Below are positions 25,201 through 37,355 of a DNA stretch of 64,000 nucleotides, piece by piece. The stretch comes from Podarcis gaigeae (lineage: Eukaryota): the NCBI GenBank assembly GCA_964106915.2, contig OZ066921.1; one strand, given 5' to 3'. Both the position numbers and the translations under genes were made by a program. The notes beneath the pieces are model-generated. The model made no database searches. It had not been told where the DNA came from and saw only the letters and a list, made by a program, of their open reading frames with translations. Within the stretch, counting starts at the first letter, position 1. Each line of letters opens with the position of its first letter.

Positions 25201-28200
25201 TCAAATGCTATTATGATTATTATGAGCTGCTTTGAGCTCAGCATCTGTTATCTGAAAAGTGGAATAAAGTATCAAATCAGATCAGATCAAATATATTTTA
25301 AAGCTGCTTGCTGAGGCTGCCGGTGCCACAGTGACTCCATGTTTTGCAATCATATTGCAACAATGAAATATCACTCTGTTCAGGCTTTGCTACAGTCTTC
25401 AAGTTCTTCTGACTGTAACTTGTTTTACCCGGTTTTAATATTTTTACATTGTTGTGACCCACCCTTGGACTTTATGGTGAAGGTAAGAAATCACAGTTCA
25501 TAATACAGACTGCGGGTGACCCAAACTGAAGTGTTTAGGAAGCTCTTCAGTGGAACATTTAGCAGTTCAGCCTTTTGAGTCTGTGGCACATTAGTGGGAA
25601 GAATTCCAGCACACTTCCAGCAATAAGGCCTTTTCTCAGCCCCCCCCCCACCAAACACACACATCCATCCATGTAAATTCAGCACATGACTGGAGAAGGT
25701 GAATGGGCCAGACCTGCCACACGTGCTGCTGTTGTGCTGGTGGAAAGAGACCTTTTTGGAAAGGAGACTTTTGAAACAGAAGGGTTGCATCCAGTATTAT
25801 TATTACTTGGAATATACCCATTGAAGTTAATGGACATGACTAACTTAGGCCCATTAATTTCAGGGGGTCAACTCTGAGTATACCTTAGTTTCCTCCAACC
25901 CCAAAACCATAACTGGGCTCTTTATTGCATGTCTGTGATCATGCAGGTGTAGAGTTTGGGGTTGGCTGTGACCTCTCATGCCAAGGAGTGGTGGCCTAGA
26001 TAGGGGTCTTGGCTTTTGGGAGCCACACAGGCAGCAAGTATGGGGGGTCAGCCACTGATGGTTAGAAAGGCCAGTTTGGCACCATCTCTCCCAGATTAAA
26101 ATAACACCTGCCTCCATCCTTGTTGGGGCTCTGCAGGACCGAGCCTGTGAGCATGTGGAAGACCTGGAATCCAACCGGATGGTGCGTAAGATGAAGAAGC
26201 GCATCTGTCTGGTGCTGGACTGCCTCTGCGCCCATGACTTCAGCGACAAGACAGCTGACCTCATCAACCTGCAGCACTATGTCATCAAGGAGAAGCGCCT
26301 CAGCGAACGGGAGACCGTCGTGATTTTCTACGACGTTGTGCGGGTAGTGGAAGCCTTGCACAAGGTAGGGTGTCTCTGCTTGTCTCAGGGAGCTGTGAGG
26401 AAGATGTGAGGCCCTTGTGGGGTTTTGGCAGCCACGTGACTGTGAGGGAGGCTTGGTGCTTTGGTGGGGGGCACGGCGTCTGCCGATGCTGAGCTAGAAA
26501 GAGTTCTGTGCAAAGCATCTTCTTATATCCAACTTAGTTGGTGCAAAATTCTTCAGGTCATAAATGGCCAGGTGAAATGAACAAGGGATCTTGATCCACT
26601 CCATTTTCTGCAAGCACAACTTTAGGGCTGGGGGGATTGAATTAAGCATTTAAGTTTCTTATCTTACCAAATAATCTACTTTGTTCTACAGTGGTACCTC
26701 TGCTTATGAACTTAATTCGTTCGAGAGATCCATTCTTAACCTGAAACCGTTCTTAACCTGAGGTACCACTTTAGCTAATGGGGCCTCCCACTGCCACCAC
26801 CGCACCGCTGCCGCACGATTTCTGTTCTCATCCTGAGGTAAAGTTCTTAACCCGAGGTACTACTTCCAGGTTAGCAGAGTCTGTAACCCGAAGTGTTAGT
26901 AACCCGAGGTACCACTGTAATAGTATAAATTCCCTCTTGTCTTTCTAGAAGAACATTGTGCACAGAGACTTGAAGTTGGGGAACATGGTGCTGAACAAAA
27001 GGTGAGCCCCTTTTGCAACTTTCACTCTGGAACATTATTTGCAGCTGGTGGGATTTCTGTGGATTGAGGTGGCACACCAAAGAAAGTTAAGCTCCTGTGT
27101 GTGCTGGGAAACACCTGCCAAGAAAGCTCCCACTTTTCAGTCTGTGCATCCACACACAAATCAAACAGCAACCTTAGAAGGCGGGGTCTTGTTTGCTTGT
27201 TTTTCCCTGGAGAAAGCACTTTGGCCTTCCTTAGGAGTTTAGCGAGGTCACAGGAGAATGAAACTGGAGGAGAGAGGCCATGTCAGTCTCGTCCCCCTAG
27301 ACATCTGATGCAGGAACATGTGTTGCAGCCTTGTCATTTGTGCACCAGTTCAGGGTTGACCTCATAAGAGCCTCAAGTGAGATGAGGCCAACTAGTTTTA
27401 TCATCAGAGTGTAACTTCCAATAGCTGCCACTGCCCTCTCCCTTCCTTTGCTCCCAGACAACTTAGCGTCACAGTGAGGAATGCCGCTGACAGCTCCATG
27501 CACCCCTTTAAACAAGATGTTATCTCACATCAGTAGGTTTTGTATCCATTGCTTGCACACACTCACATGCTCCGCATAATGTGACTCACGTTTCTGGCAA
27601 GACTTTGCCTGTTCAAGCCCCTGCCACCCACAAGCACAAGTTATATCTGTTCTGAAACATACAAGGCATACATGTGGCTTCATGTCTGGCTTGTGAGCTT
27701 CTTGGAGATACTTAAGCTGCTGCATTTGGAAAAAGGATACTGGGTTAGATGAACCTTCTGATATCACCCACTAGGGCCGCTCTTACACTCCTAATAATGA
27801 AACGCAACACAGTTTCCTAGAGCAGCCGTTCCCAACCCTAGTGCCTTCCAGGTGTTTGGGACTGCATCTCTCATAACCCTTTAATGTTGGCCATTGAGTG
27901 GGTCTGATTGGAATTAAAGTACTAAAGTTTTAGAGCGTACCAGGATGGGGAAAGGTGTTCTAGGGAGTTGGAGATGAACAACCCTGAAAAAGGATCTGGC
28001 TCGCACCTGAAGGTTCTCTGAGTTCCAGCCCTGCAGTTGATTGTCTGAAGTGATATTCATGGCTCAAAGTGCCTTTCATTGACTTTGGCTCTTTTACCAA
28101 GAATGAACCCTTCCTGAGTAGGCCTTATCCCAGGGATCCAGCAGTGTTTTGCATTCAAGGTGGCCATAAGGCCATGTTCTTGCAGGCATGTTCTTGTTTC

Positions 28201-31200
28201 TGTTGCCACCACTGCATTAAAAGCGCATCAAATGGCCTTGTGGAGCGAGAGATGTGAAGTAGGCAAATATCTGTTGAGCAACGGCCTGGTAGTGCAGAAA
28301 TGCCCTTTGGGTGGCCCTCGCTCATCCAGGATCACAGTGAGGCAAGTGGTGCCATTTATTGCTCCTTCCTGATCCCCTGTGGGATGAGATCAGTTTTTGG
28401 CTGCCTGAAAACAGCCATTCATACATTTCACAGCTGAAGCACCTTGGATGCTGATCTCCTGATGGCTTCATTGCCAAGAAAACATCGTCGTCTGCCAGGA
28501 GGACATGGCGGATGTTTATGAGCTGAGGCCATCCTCCACCCCTCACTCACAGGAGAGTCATCAGGAGCTGGCTGTTTGGAATGCTGACTTCTTTCTTTCT
28601 TTTAAACAAGTCTCAGTTAATTTAGCCAAAGAACATCCAGGCCTGCTGGTTCTTGTGCATTCAGGCCTGTTGCTCCGTCGTCCCTCCCTCCCACTCCCAA
28701 CTTCTCAAAAGTCCACTCGTATTTCTTGAGTGAAGGTCAATAAATCTGGCACAGATGATCAAAACCTTTCAGGGGAGTGCCAGACCCCCCACTCCCAGGG
28801 GGTTAATGCAACCTTGTGGAGAACTGAAGGGTGTTTTAGTCCAAAACGTCTGGAGGGCATCAACTTGGTGAAGGCTGAATCAGGGTTTTGAGGACACTCT
28901 GAACATCAAAGTTTAAGCTGAACCTGAGTTCACAAATTTAGATAGATAGGCAGCGACATATTTATACAGTGCTTCTCCAAGTTGCTCAGGCCAATGTACA
29001 TGGTCTTGCATCCATACACCCACATGCCCTTGCCAACTACCGCATGAGGTAGACTAGACTGAGAGAGTTACTCACTGGTCTTAGGTCACCCAGAGAGCTT
29101 TACAGCTGAAGGGTGGCTCTGAATAATTCTGATGTGTATGTCATACCAAATTCCCAAAAGCCCCATCTGGTCCATCCACTGTTGTTAGCTGCTTGGCATT
29201 ATTCCTCAGAGCGGCCTTCAGTGTCTTTGTTGACACCCCAGGCATTCATACTACTCCAGCACCCCTCACTCCCACCCCGTTACCCAGCCACTAACTTTTT
29301 CTCCCCTCCAGGACCCACCGAATTACCATCACAAACTTCTGCCTGGGGAAGCACTTGGTGAGTGAAGATGACCTCCTGAAGGACCAGCGTGGGAGCCCCG
29401 CCTACATCAGCCCTGACGTCCTCAGTGGTAGGCAGCAGCATCCCGTGGCAGCCCCCAGACCTTTCTCCCAAAAGGGCCTCCTCCCTGCTTTGCAAGCATG
29501 GCATCACAGGCATGTGACGCGGCACTGAGCCTCTCCAATGTTGGGCCCAAGACGGGAACATGAGACCAGCCCACAGGCTGGTTGCTTAGCGCCTCTCCTT
29601 TGTCTTCGTCCTCCTCCTCCTGGATGGGCCCTGCTAACTCTCCAGGGCCGTCTCTCTCTGTTTGCAGGCCGGCCGTATCGTGGGAAGCCCAGTGACATGT
29701 GGGCCCTGGGCGTGGTCCTCTTCACCATGCTGTACGGGCAGTTCCCCTTCTACGACAGCATCCCCCAGGAGCTCTTCCGCAAGATCAAGGCTGCTGAATA
29801 CACCATCCCTGAGTAAGTGGGGGTCGGGGGCATGCCTGGCCACGGGGTTCTGGGCCTTGGTGTCTCTGGTTTGGGTAGCTCAGCTGCCCCTCACTCTCGC
29901 TCTTTCCTGGCAGAGATGGGCGGGTGTCGGAAAACACTGTGTGCTTGATCCGAAAGCTGCTCGTCTTGGACCCTCAGCAGCGCCTGAACGCCTCCGAAGT
30001 GCTCGACTCCCTCAGTTCCATCATTGCTTCCTGGTGAGTGTGTGGTGGAAGGGGATAAAATCCTTCAAAGAGCCCTGCAGATGGATCAGGGCAAAGGCCC
30101 ATCTCACCCAGCATCTGTTCTCGCAGGCACCAACCAGATCTGGGGGCAACACCAGCCCCTCTGCTCACCCCTCCAGCTGGCCTACGGTGAAGGAGTGAGC
30201 TTTGTTGGGAAGGCTGGGTGGAGGAGTCTTTTGTAAATGCTTTGAACATTGGCCAAAAGACACAGGAAGTGTTGTCTCAACTTCTTGGGAAGGAACACCC
30301 TGGGCCATGTCTCTTGTTTCTTAATGGTGGATGCGGCATAATTTCTCCCTCCTCCTCACCTTGCTCCCTTTGCTAGAATAGCATCTTCTTGAGCTACGTT
30401 TTATACCCTGCTACAGAGACCCAGGGACGCGGGTGGCACTGTGGGTTAAACCACGGAGCCTAGGGCTTGCCGATCAGAAGGTCGGCGGTTCGAATCCCCG
30501 CAATGGGGTGAGTTCCCATTTTTTGGTCCCTGCTCCTGTCAACCTGGCAGTTCGAAAGCATGTCAAAGTGCAAGTGGATAAATAGGTACCACTCTGGTGG
30601 GAAGGTAAACAGCATTTCCGTGCACTACTCTGGTTCGCCAGAAGCAGTTTAGTTATCCTGGCCACATGACCTGGAAGCTGTAGGCCAGCTCCCTCAGCCA
30701 ATAAAGTGAGATGAGTGCCGCAACCCCAGAGTCGGTCACGACTGGACCTAATGGTCAGGGGTCCCTTTACCTTTACAGAGACCCAAGTACTGAAAGAAGC
30801 ATGAGCAGCCACCTTTACTTCTCAAGTAAATGGAAGCACCCCATTTGTGTCCTTCAGTGCCCTGCCCAGGAAAAGGCTTGCCTTTCTTGACAGTGGGCAC
30901 TGTGGAAGACCTCTTACAGTTCTGACCACCAGGTCTTAAAAAGATATTGTAGAGCTGTCAAAGGACAGTCAAAAGCATCCTGGGGATGGAACAACTGCCT
31001 GCAGCATGTGATGAACCCTTCGGTCCACTGATAAAGAAGCATCCATAATAACCTGTGTGCCATGTTGCCCCCACCCCACCCCGGTCCTGTGCTGCTGCTT
31101 CACAGTCAGGTGCTGCTGGCTTGTACATGCTGAGAAATGGTGAGGTGGGTGGGTGGGCAAGGCTCCTGGGTGCAGTGTGTGAGGGTTGCCGTCTTCCAAC

Positions 31201-32329
31201 TGGGGGCTTAGGCCCCCTCTGAGGTTGGCACAAATGTGCTGCCTCCTGACCCACCAGCCTGTCTCTCCTGCAGGCAGTCCATGTCCCTGCTGAGCGGGCC
31301 CTTGCAAGTGGTGCCTGACATAGACGACCAGGTGGCGAATCCAGAAAGCGGACACGAGGTAAGACCTGCCTGCTGAGCGGGACCACTTGCTAGTCAGAAA
31401 TGAAACGAACAGGGCAGAGCAGATACCCAGCAGCATCTGTCTCTGCTGGCCTTGGGGGCTTTTTCCATCAGTTGGTTCCCAGCTGACGAGAAGTGATGGC
31501 TGGGGCAAACGAATGTCTTGCTGAGAAAGCTCTCTGAGATAGCAACACATTTTTTAACCGAATTGCAATTTTAATGCAGATTCTTAAGTATTCTTAAATG
31601 CTACTGGGGATCTGAAGTCAACCACCTCAGCCTGTCCATGAAATTCAGCTGGTCTCTTGGCTTCCTCTTTTTCTCTCTCTTCACCTGCAGACGGCCCCTT
31701 CCCTTCTTAGCTGGCTCCACCTGTCTTTCCTCCAGGCCCCTCCTGCTTTCCCTTTGGCAGTTGGAATGTTTGAGGACATTCCTGCCAAATATTAAGAGCC
31801 CCCAGGTTGTGTTTGAGTGCTGCGAATCTGGCGGCTCCTTGCAGCAGAGACCCCTGTCGCCTCTCAGAGCTTGCTCTCAAGTCAAATGCCCACTGCTCTG
31901 AATGAATCTGGGATTCCCAGGTGCATGAACATGGAGGGGGGGTGGGGAGCGACTTGTCAATGCAGAAAACGAGCCTGGCAGGCTTTGTGGTGTGTGCAGT
32001 GGAGCAGTGAACTTGTGTACAAATGCTGGGGGGGAAGGGGGGATGCTGTTGCAAGCAGGTCTGGCCCCCACCTTCCTGGTGGTCTCTAACAGGGCTCCTC
32101 CTCCTCGCAGGCGAAGGTGACAGAGGAGTGTTCGCAGTACGAGTTTGAGAACTACATGAGGCAGCAGCTGCTGCTGGCCGAGGAGAAGAACACGCTCCAC
32201 GAGGCCAAGAGCTTCCTCCAAAAGCGGCAGTTTGGGAACATCCCTCCGGTGCGGCGCCTGGGCCACGACGCCCAGCCAATGAACCCCTTGGACGCGGCCA
32301 TCCTTGCACAGCGCTACCTTCGGAAGTAG
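22129..32329 (+). CDS. STK40: STK40 (SgK495) pseudokinase, 10 coding exons, 1302 nt, 433 aa
   Basis: Exons 22129-22234, 24459-24544, 24835-24978, 26137-26364, 26949-27001, 29312-29427, 29668-29812, 29914-30033, 31274-31358, 32111-32329. All GT-AG with consistent phases. HRDLKLGN, NFC in place of DFG, COP1-binding QVVPD, C-terminus ILAQRYLRK. Confidence 0.98.
23050..24200 (-). mobile_element. AT-rich degraded L1/Tx1-like LINE ORF2 3' remnant
   Basis: Abrupt AT-rich block. The minus strand gives LLSAAKMVISAKWR and a W.CT.NLANF segment resembling the L1 C-terminal region. Confidence 0.5.
24459..24544 (+). CDS. STK40: STK40 coding exon 2
   Basis: GPRLGNSPVPSIVQCLARKDGTDDFYQLK. Confidence 0.97.
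24835..24978 (+). CDS. STK40: STK40 coding exon 3
   Basis: ILTLEDRNDKGTETQEERQGKMLLHTEYSLLSLLHNQDGVVHHHGLFQ. Confidence 0.97.
26137..26364 (+). CDS. STK40: STK40 coding exon 4
   Basis: DRACEHVEDLESNRMVRKMKKRICLVLDCLCAHDFSDKTADLINLQHYVIKEKRLSERETVVIFYDVVRVVEALHK. Confidence 0.97.
26689..26917. mobile_element. Tc1/mariner (Tigger-like) MITE
   Basis: TA|CAGTGGTACCTC..GAGGTACCACTG|TA; same family as 16026. Confidence 0.9.
26949..27001 (+). CDS. STK40: STK40 coding exon 5
   Basis: KNIVHRDLKLGNMVLNKR. Confidence 0.97.
29312..29427 (+). CDS. STK40: STK40 coding exon 6
   Basis: THRITITNFCLGKHLVSEDDLLKDQRGSPAYISPDVLS. Confidence 0.97.
29668..29812 (+). CDS. STK40: STK40 coding exon 7
   Basis: GRPYRGKPSDMWALGVVLFTMLYGQFPFYDSIPQELFRKIKAAEYTIPE. 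Confidence 0.97.
29914..30033 (+). CDS. STK40: STK40 coding exon 8
   Basis: DGRVSENTVCLIRKLLVLDPQQRLNASEVLDSLSSIIASW. Confidence 0.97.
30424..30773 (+). mobile_element. Full-length Sauria SINE
   Basis: GGGACGCGGGTGGCACTGTGG head, GGTTCGAATCC B box, (ACCTTT) tail, 12-bp TSD TACAGAGACCCA. Confidence 0.93.
31274..31358 (+). CDS. STK40: STK40 coding exon 9
   Basis: QSMSLLSGPLQVVPDIDDQVANPESGHE. Confidence 0.96.
32111..32329 (+). CDS. STK40: STK40 coding exon 10 (last)
   Basis: AKVTEECSQYEFENYMRQQLLLAEEK..ILAQRYLRK*. Confidence 0.97.
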   Translation, partial: AKVTEECSQYEFENYMRQQLLLAEEKNTLHEAKSFLQKRQFGNIPPVRRLGHDAQPMNPLDAAILAQRYLRK

Positions 32330-35233
32330 CTCCTCCCACCCCACCGTGGGTCTCTTGCCCCCGACGGGGCGTGCGACAGCGACAGCCAGGTCCCAGGATC
32401 CCTCACAATGTAGCAGTCTTCCCCTGTGAGCTGAGTGCTCAACGGGCATTGCCTGCTGGGCTTTGCCCCCCGACCCCGGAGGGGGCAGCAGGGGAAAGAC
32501 CCCAACTGTCTGGGGAAATGGCTGGCGGATTTTAACTCCACACCTAGACAGCTAATCTGCTTTTAATCATGACTCTGAAATCTACCTCTCTGCCTCTTTT
32601 TAACCACACTGTTCTCTGGACTGAAACGAGGAGCGTTTTTTGGCAAAGTTTGCCCCCGCAGGCTTCTTTTCTGACGCAGACGTTGGACTGCTGCGGAGAC
32701 CACGTGGGCCGTGCTTCGCTCTGTCTGGTTTGAATAAGCTTAATCATTTCCCCCTCCTTTCTTCCCTCCCCCCTGGTGGGTTTCATGAAAGTAACTATTT
32801 CTTAAACCCTCTCCCCCATCCCCTTTGTTCTATTTTTAATTTAACACCTGGTTTGAATATATTTTGTGTAAACGTTGGTTTCGGGCCCTCTTCGTGACCA
32901 CAGGCTTAGCAAATGGGTTGCCTCCACTACGAGCTTCTCTCCACGTGAGAAAGCCTCGCTCTGCAGATTCTGACTTGGGGAAAGAGTTCCAAACCAGGGG
33001 CTGTTTTTAAAAATGTAGCTTTTCTGAGGGCCCAAACCTCCCTTTTCCAATCACTTTAATTATTTGGGGATATCCTGGGAGGGTTTTTGTTTTGTTCTGT
33101 CTTTCTTTCTTTTTTAAATGGTAGCTTTTGAAAGGTGCAGTAACGTTGCATTAATTCTGTTGACATTTCTCCCTGCCTCCTCCTCACCCACACTGGTACG
33201 GCTGAAGGGATAAATCTGTGAAAAATGTGAAAAGGGTTTGCTTGCTTCGTTGTTGTTGTTTTTGTCCCCTACCCGCCCCGCCCCCCAGGCTGTCTCAGGT
33301 TCAGAAATGCCTGCTGGTCTCCACTCCTTTATGTGCTCTTTGCTTTGTCTTGCCATTGCCATCTTGTCACAGACAATTCCCCCACCATGACATTTATTAT
33401 TATTTTTTGCGGGGGTGGGCAGGAGTGTTCCCCTGATGCTGTGCAAACGGCAGGTCTTGCTGGGACTGGGCTGGAACATTTCTGAGCCTCGTATGTTGGA
33501 ACTGGATGCCTCTCTTGCCAGATAAGCTGTTCTCAAGCAACCCTCCCAAGGCTGTGCTGCCCCATTTCCACTCCCTTCCCATTTCCGGTCAGCCTTCATC
33601 ACCCTTTCAAAAATTGTCTCAAAATGTGAGGTGTCCCCTCCCCACCCACCCTGTTGAACCATTGGATGCCAGCAGAAGCAGCATTGCAGTATCCAGGAAG
33701 CGACACTGACCTGAAGGAAGTTGGCTCAAGACCTCTGCAGTCTGGCTGTTGGATGGCCCTGAGATGAATGAACCAGCCAAGGACAACTGCCTCCCTTAGT
33801 GTGAATGTTTTTGCATAGTTCAAAGAGGAGGACTAGCGAAGGTTGTAGATCCTGAAATCTGACTTCAGCACAAGGAATTCTTTTCTACTGACGAAAACTG
33901 CAAAAGAATTCTGCAAATCTGTTTAAAAAGAGAAAAGAAGAAAACCAACCATGTTGAAACTTCCTTGCAGAACCTCTGTGCCTGATCTACACTCTCCTCC
34001 CCTCTGTGGGGCAGACTCTGCTTTGGTTGTTCTCTGGCTTTCTCATCGTTGCTAAGTTGGGAAACAGGGATGGAGTTAGGGAAACCCAGGAACAGTTTAT
34101 TTTGCTCTCTCGCTAGGGATGGACGGTAACCAACCCCTCAAAGGTCACCAGCCCCCCATGCAGTCTCGCCAAGAAACACAGCATAAACCTTTCTATAAGG
34201 CATTAGCTCTGTGGATCAAGCCAAAACTGGATTGGTGAACGCTAACAAGCTTAATGGCACCCCTTGCTTGGCCCAGGTGGGGGCAGTAAATTTGGGCTCC
34301 CATTTCACAGCCCCTTCTGTGGGCCAGACCTCTCCAGGTGAGCCAGTTGTTGTAGGCCCCTGGATCTTGTGTCCTGGGGCCCAGCCTCCCTGGTGGCTTT
34401 TGGGTCTGTTTCTTGCAGCACCATCATATCCCACAAGACGAAGGAATCCCTCAATTGGGGGGGGGGGCGCAAAGATATTTCCCCCACTCCAAAAGTGAGT
34501 TGCCCCTCTTGGTATCTGGACACACGTGAGGTGTCCTGCTTGAGCGGGGCCTGCACACCTCCAAAATGAACTATTCTGCTGAAGACAGACCCTTTGCAGT
34601 TCCCCTCAGTACTACCTACAGCTTTCTATGGGGTTGCAATCCCAGCTGACATGTTTTCTTAACAGTATTGGAAGGTGGGGGAAGAAGTGTAGGATGACAG
34701 GCGAGGTGTGGGCCAGCTTTCACGACAACTTTCTAGTCCACTTCCCAAGCAGGAGGTTTCTGTGGACTTCTCCTCTGCCTGGAATATTTCCTGTGTCAGT
34801 AGCAATAGAAGCCCCCTGGGCAGGGCTGGCTCTTCCTTCCCCTCTCGGAATTCAGGCAGGGCAGACACTGCTCCCTCTGCTTCCTTTCTCTCTCTCATCT
34901 CCCCTTCACCAGTACTGACCATCTTCTCCAGCAGAGCTGGCTGTGTGTTTTGCATTGGGACTTTCTCCATCCTCAAAAAAAACATAGCAATACTCGATAG
35001 GCTGTCAAGCTGTGTGCTCCGCCCAACTCTGGACATGGTGATGAAAAGCAAACTAAAAGGAAATGGGGAGTGAGGGTGTGTGGAAATTGGGGTGAGCTGT
35101 CTGGGTTGTGTTTTTGTGGATTACAAGCCGGGTGAGACACCAGAGACAAAAGATCCTATTGTAAAAAAATTGCAAAGATAATTTGTATAGAGACCTATTT
35201 TTGTATTACATCCAACTATTCCTGCATGTCAGC

Positions 35234-35239
35234 AATAAA
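35234..35239 (+). terminator. Candidate STK40 polyadenylation signal (3' UTR about 2.9 kb)
   Basis: AATAAA after an AU-rich, TGTA-containing stretch, followed by GT-rich sequence. The UTR lacks obvious TEs. Confidence 0.65.
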
Positions 35240-35312
35240 ATTTCATAATGTAGAACTAAATCTGTATTGTGTTGGAAGGTCCTGGCGACTTTTGTCTGGA
35301 GCCAAGCTCTGT

Positions 35313-35313
35313 C

Positions 35314-35365
<52 letters not shown>
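35313..35365. repeat. Compound (TG)n(AG)n microsatellite
   Basis: Direct reading. Confidence 0.95.
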
Positions 35366-35368
<3 letters not shown>

Positions 35369-36116
35369 CATGTGAAAACAGAATTCTGTTTCAAGCGAAT
35401 TATTTTGCTAGCTTTTAAACATTTTTACAGATACTGCTAGTTCTCATGCGTCTGAAGATGTGCTTGGAATGAGGTAGGCAATATCTGCAGAAATCTTGGA
35501 AGCTGGAGGGAAGGAAGGCTGCTCATGAGACCACAGGTTGGAACGAATTGCACATGGGGAGGTTGAGCACATGGGATCACTTTGTGTAACTTATGCAAGA
35601 CCTGAAGTTTGGGTGCAAAATCTGAGTTGTCCAAGGAGACAGAATATAATGTGTCTCAAATAAGCAAGCCTTGCAGTGAGTCAGAGCGAAGGGCTTCTCC
35701 CCGCTGCCTGAGGAGCATCCCTTGAGTTGTTTGTGCAACTCATTTTTCAAACACCAATGTTCTACACCTGTGTTATCACCGGCAGTCAGGTATGTCCTTT
35801 CTGCCCTGGTGGTATGGGTGCTTGTGGTAGTTAAAACTCTTCTACTTAGGAATGTGTTGAGCCCCAGCTCGGAGAGAATTCCACTGGTCTGTCTTATCTA
35901 ACACACTCAAAATTCCTCTGAAGCACCACTCCACCATTGAGGAAGCGAAACCCCAGAGGGCACAAGCTGGTACTCAACTGGGGAAGGGGAAGACACTCTC
36001 AGATCTTTCCCTTGCTGCCCGCTCCTGACTCCACAGAGTCAGAGGAGGGCTGCAGGAATAGTTCTGTATTTCCCATGCCAACCATCTGCACACTTAGGCA
36101 TTTAGGCAGCCCTACA

Positions 36117-36297
36117 GTGAAACGGCGTTTCCGTGCGCTGCTCTGGTTTCACCAGAAGCGGCTTATTCATGCTGGCTACATGACCCAGAAGCTGTCTGCG
36201 AACCAACGCCGGCTCCCTCAGACTATAGAGCGAGATGAGCACCGCAACCCCAGTGTCGTCCACGACTGAACCTAACAGTCAGGGGTACCTTTACCTT
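36117..36297 (+). mobile_element. Sauria SINE, 3' half
   Basis: aaacggcgtttccgtgcgctgctctgg..gcaaccccag..ggggtacctttacctt. Confidence 0.8.
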
Positions 36298-36920
36298 CAC
36301 TGTGAAAAATGGCCAGGAACCTTCACAGCAGGAGTGAAGGGAAAGTGAGCTAGAGTTTCCAGTCCAACGAGGCACCATTAACCCACCTCTGCCTCGGTAA
36401 CACTTTGGTTGGCCCACATTTCAGCGAGCTCGTGAGGCGGGACATCTCCTGCACCAGCCCTGTGAGGTAGGCTAGCCTAAAAGGATGACTAGTTCAGGGA
36501 GTGCTCTGGCTCAGGGAGGTGGGTAGATTTGAAATTGACCCCAGTCTAAAACCAACAGCATGCTGCAGACACCCCTATGCTAGGCTGGATGCTCCCTCTT
36601 TCGCACGCAGCTGCCACGTAGAATCAGTCTGACTATTAATTTGTTTCTCTCACCTGGTGTTGCCTGTTCAGGGTATTGGGCACAACTCTACCACCTGGTA
36701 TAGCCCCCCCCCCCGTGCTTGAACTTGGGGTTTCCAGCCAATCAGGTGCAGGCCCTCTCCATGTTCTCTGGGCCCCAGAGGATCCTCTGCAGTGATCTGG
36801 TACAAAGGGGCACTGCTGAGGTGTATCCTGCAAGTGATGACGATTTGGAGGCCTTCTGCCAGGGCTAGATCAGTTGCCCAAGCCCCCCGGTCACTGCTGG
36901 CGTTGCAATAAATTAGTGAT

Positions 36921-37355
36921 GTGATAGAAGATTACAAAATGTGTGGCATGGAGGAAGTGGATAGGGGAAAGTTTATCTCCCTCTCCCATAACACATTCGA
37001 AGCCGAAAGTTGTGGAGGATTCAGGACAGATAAAAGAATCTTTATGCAGCACATAGGTAAACTGTGGAACTCTCTCCCACAGGAGGAAGGGGTGACCACT
37101 GACCTGGATAGCTTTAAAAGAGGATTGGACAACCTCACGGAGGAGAAAGCTACTAGCCAAGATGGCTACGCCCTGTCTCCACTGTCAGAGGCAGCAATTC
37201 TTCTGAATACCAGTTGCTGGAAACCACAGGAAGGGAGAATACTCTGGTGCTTGGGTCCTGCTTGCAGGTTTACCACAGGCATTGGTTGTCCACTGGGAGA
37301 AGAGGGATGCTGGACTAGATGGGCCACTGGCCTGATACAGCAGGCTCTTCTTGCA
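36921..37355 (+). mobile_element. CR1 LINE 3' fragment
   Basis: Peptide YKMCGMEEVDRGKF..KLWNSLPQE..LDSFKRGLD is CR1 ORF2 C-terminus-like; followed by a CR1-type 3' UTR. Confidence 0.8.

Noticed and set aside
30424-30510. tRNA-like A/B boxes
   Set aside because: These are heads of Sauria SINEs, not tRNA genes.
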